Shown piece after piece: positions 46,206-56,478 of a stretch of DNA of 64,000 nucleotides. The first letter of the stretch is position 1, and every line of letters starts with the position of its first letter. Position numbers and translations under genes: made by a program. The stretch is from Flavobacteriales bacterium (GTDB lineage: Bacteria; Bacteroidota; Bacteroidia; Flavobacteriales; UBA7312): contig JBMHBP010000012.1 of assembly GCA_049890295.1 (NCBI GenBank), positions 9,983-73,982 on the forward strand. The letters are read 5' to 3'. The notes beneath the pieces are model-generated. The model searched no databases. It was not told the DNA's origin and was given only the letters and a program-made list of their open reading frames with translations.

Positions 46206-46877
46206 TTAGTTTAATTTGAAACTAATCGGCACGTTGTATTGTACCTTAACAGGTTTGCCTCTTTGTTTTCCGGGTCGGAATTTTGGCATACTTTTAACTA
46301 CTCTAATTGCTTCTGCATCAAGGTATTTATCAACACCTCTCAACACCTTTGCATTGGTTACTAAGCCTGATTTATCTACAACAAAACTGACAAATACTCT
46401 ACCTGTTATATTATTTTCTTTTGCAATTGGTGGATACTTAGTTTTTCTAGCAATGAACTGCATAATCTTTGTCTGAGTACATGTTTCATCGTTGCAACCT
46501 TCAAAACGAGGCATATCTTCTACCACCATAAAAATTTCATCAGTAGTTTCTTCTTCTTCTTCAATGACCTCTAAATCTTCATCAGATTCTGTATCTTCAA
46601 TTTCAACTTCCTCTACCTCTTCTTCGTTTTCCACAATCACAATTTCATCAGGCGGAGGTGGGGGTGGTGGGGGTGGTTTTTCTTCTCGGAAAGTATTTTC
46701 AATTTCTTCTTCAAAGTCAGCTTCTAACACTAAATCACCAAGCGATGAGATAACCTTTTCGTAGGTTCTGTATTCGAAAGCTCCAAGAACTAAAAGAAGA
46801 GAAACTGCTAAGCCAATCTGCATGAACAGACCTCTTTTTTTCTCCAAGTCGGCTTTTGGGTGTTTCTTTGGTTCCAT
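46206..46877 (-). CDS. tonB: Energy transducer TonB
   Basis: 223 aa. N-terminal anchor (GLFMQIGLAVSLLLVLGAF), PPPPPPPPP and acidic spacer, C-terminal TonB domain (GRVFVSFVVDKSG...PGKQRGKPVKVQYNVPISF). Confidence 0.85.
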   Translation of the reverse strand: MEPKKHPKADLEKKRGLFMQIGLAVSLLLVLGAFEYRTYEKVISSLGDLVLEADFEEEIENTFREEKPPPPPPPPPDEIVIVENEEEVEEVEIEDTESDEDLEVIEEEEETTDEIFMVVEDMPRFEGCNDETCTQTKIMQFIARKTKYPPIAKENNITGRVFVSFVVDKSGLVTNAKVLRGVDKYLDAEAIRVVKSMPKFRPGKQRGKPVKVQYNVPISFKLN

Positions 46878-46900
46878 ACTTTTTTAGTTTCACAACAAAT

Positions 46901-47278
46901 TTAAACTTTTTTACAAGATTCAAAAGTGCTTAAAAAGGGAATTTTTGGAAAAAAATAAATCCCTAATAAAACTCCTATTGAATCGGCGATAAGATCTAAT
47001 ACACTGAAGTTACGTTCAATAAAGATTAAAGCTTGACTTAGTTCTAGAAGTAGCCCATAAAGTATTAATCCAATAAATACTAAACGTGTATTGAGGTGTG
47101 AATGTTGTCTGTGATGTGAATAAACTAGAATAACATAAGCTACGAAAAAGATGAAGGCATGAACCAGCTTATCAATATGAAAAACGTTAAAAATATGATT
47201 GCTTGGGACTTCAGATCCCGGCAGGGCATGCAATACAGCTATAAAAATTAACCAAAAGTAGGCTAAAACACGAGCCAC
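46901..47278 (-). CDS. VanZ family membrane protein
   Basis: 125 aa. 4 TM helices, DKLVHAFIF and DLIADSIG motifs. Confidence 0.7.
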   Translation of the reverse strand: MARVLAYFWLIFIAVLHALPGSEVPSNHIFNVFHIDKLVHAFIFFVAYVILVYSHHRQHSHLNTRLVFIGLILYGLLLELSQALIFIERNFSVLDLIADSIGVLLGIYFFPKIPFLSTFESCKKV

Positions 47279-47655
47279 TAAGCAATAAGCTCTTTGTATT
47301 GTTCATCAGAGAGTAATGTTTCAATCTCTGAAGCATCACTTAACTTAATCTTAATCATCCAGCCTTGACCATATGGATCAGAATTTACTAACTCTGGCGT
47401 ATCTTCTAATTCAGAATTAAAACTTATCACCTCACCTGATAATGGCATGAATAAATCGGAAACAGTTTTCACTGCTTCAACAGTTCCGAAAACGTCTTCT
47501 CTTTCAATATTTTCGCCTTCTGTTTCAATTTCGACAAATACAATATCGCCTAGCTCACTCTGGGCAAAATCAGTAATACCGACTAATGCTATATCTCCTT
47601 CAACTTTTACCCACTCGTGGTCTTTTGTAAATTTAAGATCTGATGGAATGTTCAT
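47278..47655 (-). CDS. gcvH: Glycine cleavage system protein H
   Basis: I place the start at ATG 47655 ([16 protein letters not shown]). Lipoyl-lysine motif VEAVKTVSD. Confidence 0.95.
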   Translation of the reverse strand: MNIPSDLKFTKDHEWVKVEGDIALVGITDFAQSELGDIVFVEIETEGENIEREDVFGTVEAVKTVSDLFMPLSGEVISFNSELEDTPELVNSDPYGQGWMIKIKLSDASEIETLLSDEQYKELIA

Positions 47656-47691
47656 TTTTAAAAATTTAAAGTACAAAAATACAATCTTTTT

Positions 47692-50600
47692 TTATTGTGC
47701 TAACGTAAATCTAACACTAAAACCTCCATTAGTAACTGCTGATGGGAAACTGTTGGAGACATAAGGATTTGTCATTACTTTATCAAAGAATAATCTTAAG
47801 TTAAATCTACTACTTACAACATAATCAGCTGTAAATTTGAGTGACAAAACACTATTACCGCCAGTAATTTCTTCAACGTTTTCCTCAAGTTTACGAATCA
47901 CTACTTTGTTGGAACGTATGGAAAAATCAAGCTTAAGATCTAGATCTGAACTGATCTTTCTTTGTCTTCCGGCTGCTCTAACATTGAAAGCTAACTCCTT
48001 GATTCTATAGCCTGTACCTACCACTAATTCGTTTGAGGCCCTATCAGTAAGCTGATTATTACTCAAGCCTAAACTTAAGGTACGTTCTTTTTTGATTTCA
48101 AATCGTGCAGACAGACTATTTTTAAATGTCATATCTATTTTAAATAAGGGATTCAAACTCTCCCTTATTGAAACCTGATTGATTTCATATTTTTCATAAT
48201 AATTCAATGTAGCTTCGTTTATAGCTGTAGGCCACTGCTCAAAACCTTCTTCATAATCTAAGCTACTCACATAACTACCTACGCTGTAGGTCGATTTATA
48301 AGAGTGACTTAGAGTTATGGTATTTACACGCTTTTTTATCCAGCTAAGATTTCTTAAACCATCAAAGGTTATACGCCAATTTGGCAAAGGAATATTAGGA
48401 AATTTATTTAATCCTACAGTAGTGGGGCTTTTACCGGAGTAAGCAGCTATAAATGCAGGAATTAAGACCTCTTGAGAAGTGCTTTGATAGCCGAGTGGAT
48501 ATTGAGTACTATCAACAATAGAGTTGTCGTAAGGGTTTTGGATAGCTAATCGTTCAGCTATAATCTTTCTGTAATCTCTAAAGTTTTGGAAAGTTTGATT
48601 AGAATGATCATCAGAATCACCAATAAATGCTGTATTCCAGCTTATAAACGAAATACTATGACTACCATTTTCTATACTATTGAACGATGAATAATCACCA
48701 ACAAAATCATCGTATCTAAAGATTTCTTGAGTATTATTTGATTTTGAACGATTTGCAGTTAGCTCTATTCTAAAACCTTTGATGGGCTCTACTGTACTTC
48801 TTAAATTTATTGTTTCACTATTGGTCAGTCTAAAAAACTGGTTCAAACTAGAATTAGTGGTAATCCATCCTTCACGAGAACTTAATGATCTTATATCTAT
48901 ACTTTGACTACCTAAAGCAAATGGAATACCTGGTGCCATACTTTGCCAATCTTGACCAAAGAAATGTGGTTTTTTATTGAACCCAGGTAATACTATACCT
49001 TGATTTTGTCTGTACGAAATTGAGGCATTTTTTACCAACATGGTCATTCTCAAAATAGAGTTAGCTATTTTTTTAAAAGAAAATTTGACTGAATCTTGAA
49101 CCACTTCATTAGGTAATCTTATGTTTTCTCTACTCACACCTCTTTCTCTGCCTCGATTAGAATTGTTTTTATTCAATTTTTTTAGAAATGGAACTTTATT
49201 GTAAAGCTGAGTAAAATTAAGGGTTGTATTAATTTGTTTGTTATTACTGTTTTGGATAGTATTTCCTAGTTCTTGAACACTTAAAGGAGCTGCTAGCCAA
49301 TCATAATTGGCGGTATATTTAGTGTTCATATTAATCCATGAAGTTAATGGAAACTTATTCAAAGGCACATTATAACTAGCATTAACAGAATGATGATATA
49401 GGGTTGGACGACCAAAATTCAATATATTATTCCAAACAGAATCTCGTTTGGCTACATATAAAGGATCTGTTTTATCATATTCACCTAAAGGCTCGTCTAT
49501 ACTAGCTGAATTCCTGACCTTAAACTCTGTTTTTAGAGTCCGTGTTAAATCGTATTTAATACTGTAATTTCTATTCCATACAAATGATTTATTATAGTAT
49601 GGGGGCAGAATAAAGTTAGGATTATTTAGATTTCTGAATTGAGTTTTATTAAAGTATCTATCCAAATCGGTTTGGAAGCTTATGGACTTGGGTAAAACAT
49701 AAAAGTTGAAATCCTTGATGAGAGCAAAATATTTATTTCTAAACAGTTTTACTTTCCTAAATGGCTTGATGTTCTTAGGTTTTGCCGAGTAATTATAATT
49801 CAACGACAATTTAGAATTGACTGTTGTTCTTTCTTTTAAATTTACATTTTTTGAAAAGGTTTCATTTCTTGAATATGTGGCTGAAAAATTTTCTATATCA
49901 TACACTTTACTTTTTTTAGCAGCAGCGTTAGCTTTATTTTTTCTTACATTAGTAAAGTTAATCGATTTACGTTTTGTTAAATCCTGAGCAATTTCTTTAA
50001 GTTCTTCTTTTTCTTGTTGAGTTTGGAGTTCATCTAGTGAGGCTTTTAAAGTTATATCTGGATCTAAAGGATTAAACTGAGGGTTTTGAATAGCCTCCGA
50101 AACACCGACATACATAGGGATTTTTACCGCGGCTTTTTTTCCAAAGAAATTTCCAAGGGCAAATGAAGATGAAATATCATATTGGTAAGCATCGTGCTTT
50201 TGTCGTGCTGTTAGACTTTGATCTATACTTCCAAAGCCAATAGTACTCATACTACCAGTTACATTAACATTGGCAAAATCGGCTAATCGGGCATTAAGTC
50301 TTGCATTAGCCGCGTAGCCGCCTTGCTCATCGAAGTCGGTCAATCGCAATTCGTTTAGCCACACTTCACCACACTTTGGGGTACCATCGTCGGTGCTGCT
50401 AGAGTTTGCTGTGCCCTTTTTAGGATTCCTAAGTCCTAACATAATGGTTTTAACCTGACTCAAATTAGGATTACCCACTACTGTTATTTGAGAATTGGTA
50501 CCACTAAAAGGGTCTGTAGTACTAGAATGAGACCCCTCTCGAACAGCTTGATTACGTTGGCGTTTGGTATTAAGTAATTCTTCAAATGTGATATCGAGTT

Positions 50601-53600
50601 CATTAGCGATTGGCCATATCAAGTCCTCATCTAATTTTGACACGCCCCATGGAGTTACCTTTAGTGGTATTTCATACTCATAGAAGTTGTCATTAAAGTC
50701 AGTCCCCAAGCGAATAAATAGTGATAAATCATCATCAGATAGGGTCAACTCATCATCTCCTGAAGCCTCGGCATGAACATACATTTTTAGTCGTTTGTAG
50801 GTTCGGAAATCATTGTTAAATGTTTTGTAGGCAGCACGTGAGTCACCATCTTCAAGTTCACAAACTTTTAATACTAATGACTGTTCGTTTTGACGTCTAG
50901 CATAAGTGGTTGTATTGTCAACTTCTTGAACAATTCCAGGTGGTAAAACATAAGGAATTGGTACTTTCTCACCGTTTTCTTCAATATTTACTACTGAAAC
51001 ATCAAATGAAGTGTTAGTGGCGTTATCATTTGGAACATACTCGCCCTCAGCCTTCAAATCAAAATTATATCTACGCCACTCTCCCCTTACTAATTCTAGC
51101 GTTGCAAATCGTAAAACTACAGCTTGCTCAAAGTCCTTCAAAATCATACGCATAAAACGAATGGACTTGAAATCTCGAATTGATCCAACAATTTTATCAG
51201 CTTGTTGAACCGGTACTTTAAATTGATACCATTTGATTGGCCTATCGCCCTGAGCAGTATTGGCGTTAGTTTCTTGAATATCCGTGACATAACTCTCTCC
51301 TACCTGCATATTAGGATAGATAGGTATACTATAATGGTAATAACTTTCAGATTCGTTTAAGGTATTATCAAAGTTAATATCTTCCGTATTTGGAATAGTG
51401 GTTGACATAGTAGGTATGGGATCAGGGATAGCTGAATTTCCATCTACTCCAGAAAAATATTTATAACGATTGATAATTGAAGCACTTTGATCGTCCAAGT
51501 CATCACCTAAAAAGTATCTGTAATTATCTGAAGATGGATCGTCAATAGCAAGAGCGTAGGCTTGACTATTAGTTCCATAAATATCACCTATCTTTTGAAT
51601 ATAAGCCGTATCGAAAAAAGCTTGCTCATCGATATCTCGAAGACCATCCAAACCAACATCTTGAAACTCTCTTGAGGCTGCATCAACATCAAATGAATTA
51701 GTTAATGCAAAATTTGTGGGCATTCTACCCCACACACTACTGGTGTCATCAACATTTTCCAGTACTGCTGATGATGGTAAACCGTTCTCAAAACTTTTAA
51801 AACCGTCTTTTAAAACATCTTCTGAAATATTACCAAGATTTAAAATCAGTGTTCCACCACTTTGGTTTTCAGAATCGTCATGAAAAGGGTCCATCATCCA
51901 AAATTCAATAAACTCAATATTTTGAGTTTCAAAGTCGGTAGTTTCCAATTTCCGCATGATACCAGACCACCTGTCACCAGGGTTTAGTAAGTTACCTGAA
52001 GTGGTAATATTTTGTGTGTCAAAATTATAAGGTCCACGTTCTGTTGGATTGTAATATAGGTTAAGTACAGGTAGATTTGAAACTTGTGTAGCGTACTCTG
52101 GATCTTTATTAGGGAAAACCTCTTTTTCTAGAACTTCTCTAACATTATGATTAGATAATTGATTATTATCATTAGCAATGTGTGCCGGTGTAGTGCTAGT
52201 GTTTCTATAAAAAGTAGGATCAATATTATACCATGACAATAGGCCTCTGTTAGCTCCCGAATTGAGGTTGCCTAGCCTTGGAGATTGATTGGCTAAGGCT
52301 GACTCTGGAAATAAATTAGGATCATTGGGTAAACTAGCTAAAAACCACGCCCCAGGATTTTTAATATCCACGCCGATACTACTGGCCTCAAAATCATCTA
52401 TGTAAGCGTTTCCAGACTCGCCTATTACTCTTGGATGACCAGGAATAAGGTGAGCAAACTCACCCTGTGCCGTAAACATGGATTTCTCTTTTGTTTCTAG
52501 AAAAGGCAAAAAGTCTACAATTTTTGTCAACAGACTTGATTCACGTCTATAGGTACCGTCCAATCCCCAAATGGTATTTGAAATGGGCTCATCACCAGTG
52601 TTAACTTTTCTGGTGTAAGGTTTTTCAGTTAAGTTTAGAATAGTTCCTCCAAGCAAGAAATCATCTGAAATACGGTAATCGACATGTGTACCAACTAGGG
52701 TTTTTCGTTGTAGTCCTAATGAATTACTTTCCACTGAAATACGTATTGGCGTACCTGACAATAAAATACCTTCGTTGATGATGTTCACCTTACCCATTGA
52801 GTAATTAACCGTAAAGTCTTTTCCTTCTTCAAGTCGTAAACCACCGGCTGTAACTACTACTGATCCTTGTTCAATTGAAAAAACACCTAAATATATTTCA
52901 GCACCAGATTCTGATTGATAACTACCTTTAATTCTGAACTTATTAAACTCAGGGAACTGTTGGGCGATGGTAATGGTTGAATCGTACAATTCATCATAGA
53001 CATATTGATTAGCAATATCTGTATTTTCAAAAGTGTTTCTCAAATCTTCCCCAAATGGCTCTAAAACAGGGAATATAATTTTACCATTTGAAGTAATGAT
53101 ATTTATGCCTGGCAAGAAATCAAAAATTCCATCTGAGCGATTGTTCTGTTGGGCATCCAATTGATCAAGTTTTAATAGTTTGATAATTGGCGTATTAAAA
53201 AACCCTTCTTCTGGAATGTAGTTGGTAATCGTTCCATTATCTCGAGTGTTTTCAAAGACAACATCAAGATAAAACTCTTTGGAACTAATGTTGTAAGCCC
53301 CTAGGGAATAGATATTTTTCATCATCAAATCCCAGTTTGGCAGTTGGGGGGAAAAGCTTAAGTTTTTTAATAACTTAACATATAATGAACTGGGTGCTGA
53401 GGGACCGTTAGAAGTAAATTCTCCAACTTGATAGGTCTCACTACCTATGGTATACTGATAGGCTACGGCCAAAACTTCATCAGGGCCAATTACACTGTTC
53501 AACGATATATAGCCCAACTGAGGATGAAAGGTGTATTCGGTAGGGTTCAACAATCGTGCCCTTTCCAATTTTTCGTAATCTTGTGATCCTAAAAAATTGG

Positions 53601-54837
53601 GGTAGTTGGTAGAGTTGAACACACTATTAACTTGATTTATATTTCTTAGGTTCGGACCCTCAGCAAGCATTTGCTGATACAGGGTATTGTTATCATTATC
53701 AGGGTAAGATAAATCTGGATTATCAGAGAAAAGAATAGTGTTATACATTTTCTCTTGTGACTCTCCTAAATCTAAAAAAGCTAATATGTTTCGATTATTT
53801 TCTACAGTCCCTGTTTTATTCGTTACCCAAACCTCAATTTTTGTAATATTTACAGGCGAGTTGATAAAAGGTAAATTAGACATCGCCTCGTTATATTTTG
53901 ATCTAAAATAATGTGAGATGAAAAAGTGCTTGTTACTTTCGTATTGATCAGCATAAATATCGTACTCTGTAGTTTGAGCACCTCCTTCAACGTCAATAAC
54001 CTTTGAATTACTTTTTTGCTCCGAGAAAATGGTAGTTACTGTAGCACGACCAAATTGCAATTGTGTTTTAAGTCCTAATAGACTTTGACTACCATTAATC
54101 AAGGTGCCGTTTAGAGGTAGGCCTACATTACCGATTTCAATTTTTTTAATAATTTCATCTTCTTCGCCTTCATATTCCAGCTTTATTTTGTTGTCAAAAT
54201 CAAATATTGCCTCAGTGTTATAGTTGGTATTCAGCTGAAGTTTATCCCCAATTTTTCCAATAACATTCATTTGAATTTTTTGCTTGAAATCAAAGCTAGT
54301 ATTAGCCTGTCTATCTAGCGGAAGAGCATTGTTTTGTGTTTTGTTGTGTTTAACGGAAAAAATCAGTTCCGCCGATCCTTGAGGGCGTATGTCGACCGTA
54401 CTATTACCAAAAATTCGATCGAAAACCTCTCCTCCAATATCTATACTTAAAGGTCCTTTATTTTGATTTTCAGCGTTTAGTGAAGGGCTAGATATTTTTT
54501 CTTTCCAGTATTCTAATATTGAATTATTGACATTATAATTGTCATATTCTTCAAAGGTCAAAAAAGAAGGGTTGCTTAATCTGAAACCATTGTTTGTTTG
54601 TTCAACACTGTAAAGTTTACTTTCAGGATCGTATTCAATAGTTGGCTTCAAAAAGCTTGGGTTAGCTAAGTAAAAACCACTAGAGGGTTGTTCTAGAGGA
54701 GACGACCAATTTTCTGTAACTGGAATATCAACTTGCAGACTATTATTTTCAGACTGGGCAAAAGTACATTTTGCTAGTGCTAAAAACAACAAAAAGCACC
54801 AAGGTGCCAGAAATACATTGATACGGTTTTGAATCAA
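47692..54837 (-). CDS. sprA: T9SS outer-membrane translocon / gliding motility protein SprA (Sov)
   Basis: 2381 aa, a giant beta-barrel protein with a signal peptide. Size, composition and the conserved ruvA-sprA-gcvH neighbourhood are characteristic of SprA in Flavobacteriia. Confidence 0.9.
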   Translation of the reverse strand: MIQNRINVFLAPWCFLLFLALAKCTFAQSENNSLQVDIPVTENWSSPLEQPSSGFYLANPSFLKPTIEYDPESKLYSVEQTNNGFRLSNPSFLTFEEYDNYNVNNSILEYWKEKISSPSLNAENQNKGPLSIDIGGEVFDRIFGNSTVDIRPQGSAELIFSVKHNKTQNNALPLDRQANTSFDFKQKIQMNVIGKIGDKLQLNTNYNTEAIFDFDNKIKLEYEGEEDEIIKKIEIGNVGLPLNGTLINGSQSLLGLKTQLQFGRATVTTIFSEQKSNSKVIDVEGGAQTTEYDIYADQYESNKHFFISHYFRSKYNEAMSNLPFINSPVNITKIEVWVTNKTGTVENNRNILAFLDLGESQEKMYNTILFSDNPDLSYPDNDNNTLYQQMLAEGPNLRNINQVNSVFNSTNYPNFLGSQDYEKLERARLLNPTEYTFHPQLGYISLNSVIGPDEVLAVAYQYTIGSETYQVGEFTSNGPSAPSSLYVKLLKNLSFSPQLPNWDLMMKNIYSLGAYNISSKEFYLDVVFENTRDNGTITNYIPEEGFFNTPIIKLLKLDQLDAQQNNRSDGIFDFLPGINIITSNGKIIFPVLEPFGEDLRNTFENTDIANQYVYDELYDSTITIAQQFPEFNKFRIKGSYQSESGAEIYLGVFSIEQGSVVVTAGGLRLEEGKDFTVNYSMGKVNIINEGILLSGTPIRISVESNSLGLQRKTLVGTHVDYRISDDFLLGGTILNLTEKPYTRKVNTGDEPISNTIWGLDGTYRRESSLLTKIVDFLPFLETKEKSMFTAQGEFAHLIPGHPRVIGESGNAYIDDFEASSIGVDIKNPGAWFLASLPNDPNLFPESALANQSPRLGNLNSGANRGLLSWYNIDPTFYRNTSTTPAHIANDNNQLSNHNVREVLEKEVFPNKDPEYATQVSNLPVLNLYYNPTERGPYNFDTQNITTSGNLLNPGDRWSGIMRKLETTDFETQNIEFIEFWMMDPFHDDSENQSGGTLILNLGNISEDVLKDGFKSFENGLPSSAVLENVDDTSSVWGRMPTNFALTNSFDVDAASREFQDVGLDGLRDIDEQAFFDTAYIQKIGDIYGTNSQAYALAIDDPSSDNYRYFLGDDLDDQSASIINRYKYFSGVDGNSAIPDPIPTMSTTIPNTEDINFDNTLNESESYYHYSIPIYPNMQVGESYVTDIQETNANTAQGDRPIKWYQFKVPVQQADKIVGSIRDFKSIRFMRMILKDFEQAVVLRFATLELVRGEWRRYNFDLKAEGEYVPNDNATNTSFDVSVVNIEENGEKVPIPYVLPPGIVQEVDNTTTYARRQNEQSLVLKVCELEDGDSRAAYKTFNNDFRTYKRLKMYVHAEASGDDELTLSDDDLSLFIRLGTDFNDNFYEYEIPLKVTPWGVSKLDEDLIWPIANELDITFEELLNTKRQRNQAVREGSHSSTTDPFSGTNSQITVVGNPNLSQVKTIMLGLRNPKKGTANSSSTDDGTPKCGEVWLNELRLTDFDEQGGYAANARLNARLADFANVNVTGSMSTIGFGSIDQSLTARQKHDAYQYDISSSFALGNFFGKKAAVKIPMYVGVSEAIQNPQFNPLDPDITLKASLDELQTQQEKEELKEIAQDLTKRKSINFTNVRKNKANAAAKKSKVYDIENFSATYSRNETFSKNVNLKERTTVNSKLSLNYNYSAKPKNIKPFRKVKLFRNKYFALIKDFNFYVLPKSISFQTDLDRYFNKTQFRNLNNPNFILPPYYNKSFVWNRNYSIKYDLTRTLKTEFKVRNSASIDEPLGEYDKTDPLYVAKRDSVWNNILNFGRPTLYHHSVNASYNVPLNKFPLTSWINMNTKYTANYDWLAAPLSVQELGNTIQNSNNKQINTTLNFTQLYNKVPFLKKLNKNNSNRGRERGVSRENIRLPNEVVQDSVKFSFKKIANSILRMTMLVKNASISYRQNQGIVLPGFNKKPHFFGQDWQSMAPGIPFALGSQSIDIRSLSSREGWITTNSSLNQFFRLTNSETINLRSTVEPIKGFRIELTANRSKSNNTQEIFRYDDFVGDYSSFNSIENGSHSISFISWNTAFIGDSDDHSNQTFQNFRDYRKIIAERLAIQNPYDNSIVDSTQYPLGYQSTSQEVLIPAFIAAYSGKSPTTVGLNKFPNIPLPNWRITFDGLRNLSWIKKRVNTITLSHSYKSTYSVGSYVSSLDYEEGFEQWPTAINEATLNYYEKYEINQVSIRESLNPLFKIDMTFKNSLSARFEIKKERTLSLGLSNNQLTDRASNELVVGTGYRIKELAFNVRAAGRQRKISSDLDLKLDFSIRSNKVVIRKLEENVEEITGGNSVLSLKFTADYVVSSRFNLRLFFDKVMTNPYVSNSFPSAVTNGGFSVRFTLAQ

Positions 54838-54867
54838 AATAGGATAACTTATTGGCTGGCAAAAATA

Positions 54868-55449
54868 TTACATTTTTTTGAGCACTCTTTTCACCAATTC
54901 TTCTACTTCTAAATTCGAATTGTTTTGCAATTCTTTGTCAATAACTTTTTCAACCCCAGCCTTAGAAAAGCCAAGCATTGTTAATGCCGATAACGCTTCT
55001 TCTTTAGTAGTATTGTATGAAAGACCTGAAGAATCTGCAGCTATTTCTAATGATCCGACCTTGTCTCTTAGGTCAAGTATGATGCGTTGGGCGGATTTAG
55101 CCCCAATACCCTTAACACTTTTTAATGTATTGACATCTTCTGTAAGAATGGCCTGCTGAATTTCTTGTGGCGTAAGCGACGACAATACCATTTGAGCTGT
55201 GCTAGGCCCAACTCCTGAAACTGAAATCAGATGGCGAAAAAGCTCGCGCTCATCTTTGTCGAAAAAGCCAAATAAGGTGTGAGAATCTTCCTTTATAGAC
55301 AAATGTGTAAACAAAGTACATTGCTCATGGTTGCCTAATTTTGAAAAAGTATGTAAAGATATTCTCAAGAGATAGCCAACTCCACTACAGTCTATAATGA
55401 CATAGGAAGGGTTTTTCTCGGTTAATCTTCCGTTAATGTGTGTTATCAT
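54868..55449 (-). CDS. ruvA: Holliday junction branch migration complex subunit RuvA
   Basis: 193 aa. MITHINGRL, FGFFDKDERELFRHLISVSGVGPSTA, KGIGAKSAQRIILDL (HhH motifs). Confidence 0.95.
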   Translation of the reverse strand: MITHINGRLTEKNPSYVIIDCSGVGYLLRISLHTFSKLGNHEQCTLFTHLSIKEDSHTLFGFFDKDERELFRHLISVSGVGPSTAQMVLSSLTPQEIQQAILTEDVNTLKSVKGIGAKSAQRIILDLRDKVGSLEIAADSSGLSYNTTKEEALSALTMLGFSKAGVEKVIDKELQNNSNLEVEELVKRVLKKM

Positions 55450-55543
55450 TATTATAAATTTATTTCAATGTGAGTAAAAAGCTTCAGCAGACATAAGCTA
55501 CATCTTGCTGTGTTTGTTTGGTCAAAGATAGAGCTATACTACA

Positions 55544-55569
55544 AATAAAAAAACCGGCATAAAAGCCGG
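55544..55569 (-). terminator. Rho-independent terminator downstream of the 236-aa T9SS cargo gene
   Basis: The minus strand reads CCGGC-TTTTAT-GCCGG followed by TTTTTTTTATTT (plus-strand hairpin arms at 55554..55558 and 55565..55569). Confidence 0.6.
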
Positions 55570-55593
55570 CTTAAATTTTTGTTTGTATTAGCC

Positions 55594-56304
55594 TTATCGA
55601 TTAATAACTAAACGTTTAATTTCGGTCAGTTGTCCATCTACATAAATATTAGCGAAGTACAAACCATTGGGCGTGTTACTAACGTCAAACTTTAACTTAC
55701 CTTCTTGGTTTTTTAGATGTTTAATTTTAACCACATTCCCCAGCATATCGGTCACTACAATTTTTGCCAAAGTATAGTTACTGGCAAAGGCGTAGTCTAT
55801 ACTAGTCAATGAGGTAGTTGGGTTAGGATGAAAATTTGAAAATGTGCCAGAGGTTTTGGATTCAATCGAAGATGTCACAACTGAATAATTGACGATAGCA
55901 CAGGCTGAATCGGTAGGATTATCAGCATCAAACGCACAATATTTTATGGAAGCATAAGCAGGATCAACACCTTGATTATCAAAATGAACTTGAAAACTAC
56001 TTACATCAACTTGCTGAGGGCTGAATGATTTAGGTTCGGGTGAAACGCTAATATTTGCTGGATAACAGGCGGTCCAACAAAAATAATTTCTAGTACCTTG
56101 AGTAGCAGAAATAAGCTGTCTAGAAACTTTGATATCTATTGTTTCATTAGAAACGTTTTGAATAGTAATCTCTGTTCCTAAATCACCTAAAATTGATGTA
56201 GAATTACTTTCGTTAACATTATTTTCATGAGGCTCAACGGTAATACTCTGAGCAAACAACTGACCACATGACAATAAAAGTGAGAATAGTACAAGGTGTT
56301 TCAT
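55594..56304 (-). CDS. Hypothetical secreted protein with T9SS type-A C-terminal sorting domain
   Basis: 236 aa. Signal peptide. The last ~80 aa, FHPNPTTSLTSIDY...VVTDMLGNVV...PNGLYFANIYVDGQ...KRLVI, match the Por_Secre_tail (TIGR04183) pattern. Confidence 0.7.
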   Translation of the reverse strand: MKHLVLFSLLLSCGQLFAQSITVEPHENNVNESNSTSILGDLGTEITIQNVSNETIDIKVSRQLISATQGTRNYFCWTACYPANISVSPEPKSFSPQQVDVSSFQVHFDNQGVDPAYASIKYCAFDADNPTDSACAIVNYSVVTSSIESKTSGTFSNFHPNPTTSLTSIDYAFASNYTLAKIVVTDMLGNVVKIKHLKNQEGKLKFDVSNTPNGLYFANIYVDGQLTEIKRLVINR

Positions 56305-56478
56305 AGTCCAAATGTTTTAACAAAGATAATAAAGATATGCGTTAATTAGAGTTTTAACTTATTAAATTTGAGGGGTTTGAACGCGTAAGAAATTAAAATA
56401 TTAATCTTTGAAAACGGACAAAATTGAATTCTTTATTTTTATCTTGGTAGACGTAAAATCTTAAAACCTCTATTTAAA

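Noticed and set aside
46492-46764. Ser-rich 90-aa plus-strand ORF and the G-run GGCGGAGGTGGGGGTGGTGGGGGTGG (about 46651..46680), considered as a possible G-quadruplex or regulatory element
   Set aside because: Both are explained by the opposite-strand TonB linker: CCN codons for PPPPPPPPP and GAR/GAY codons for the acidic spacer. There is no independent evidence of function.
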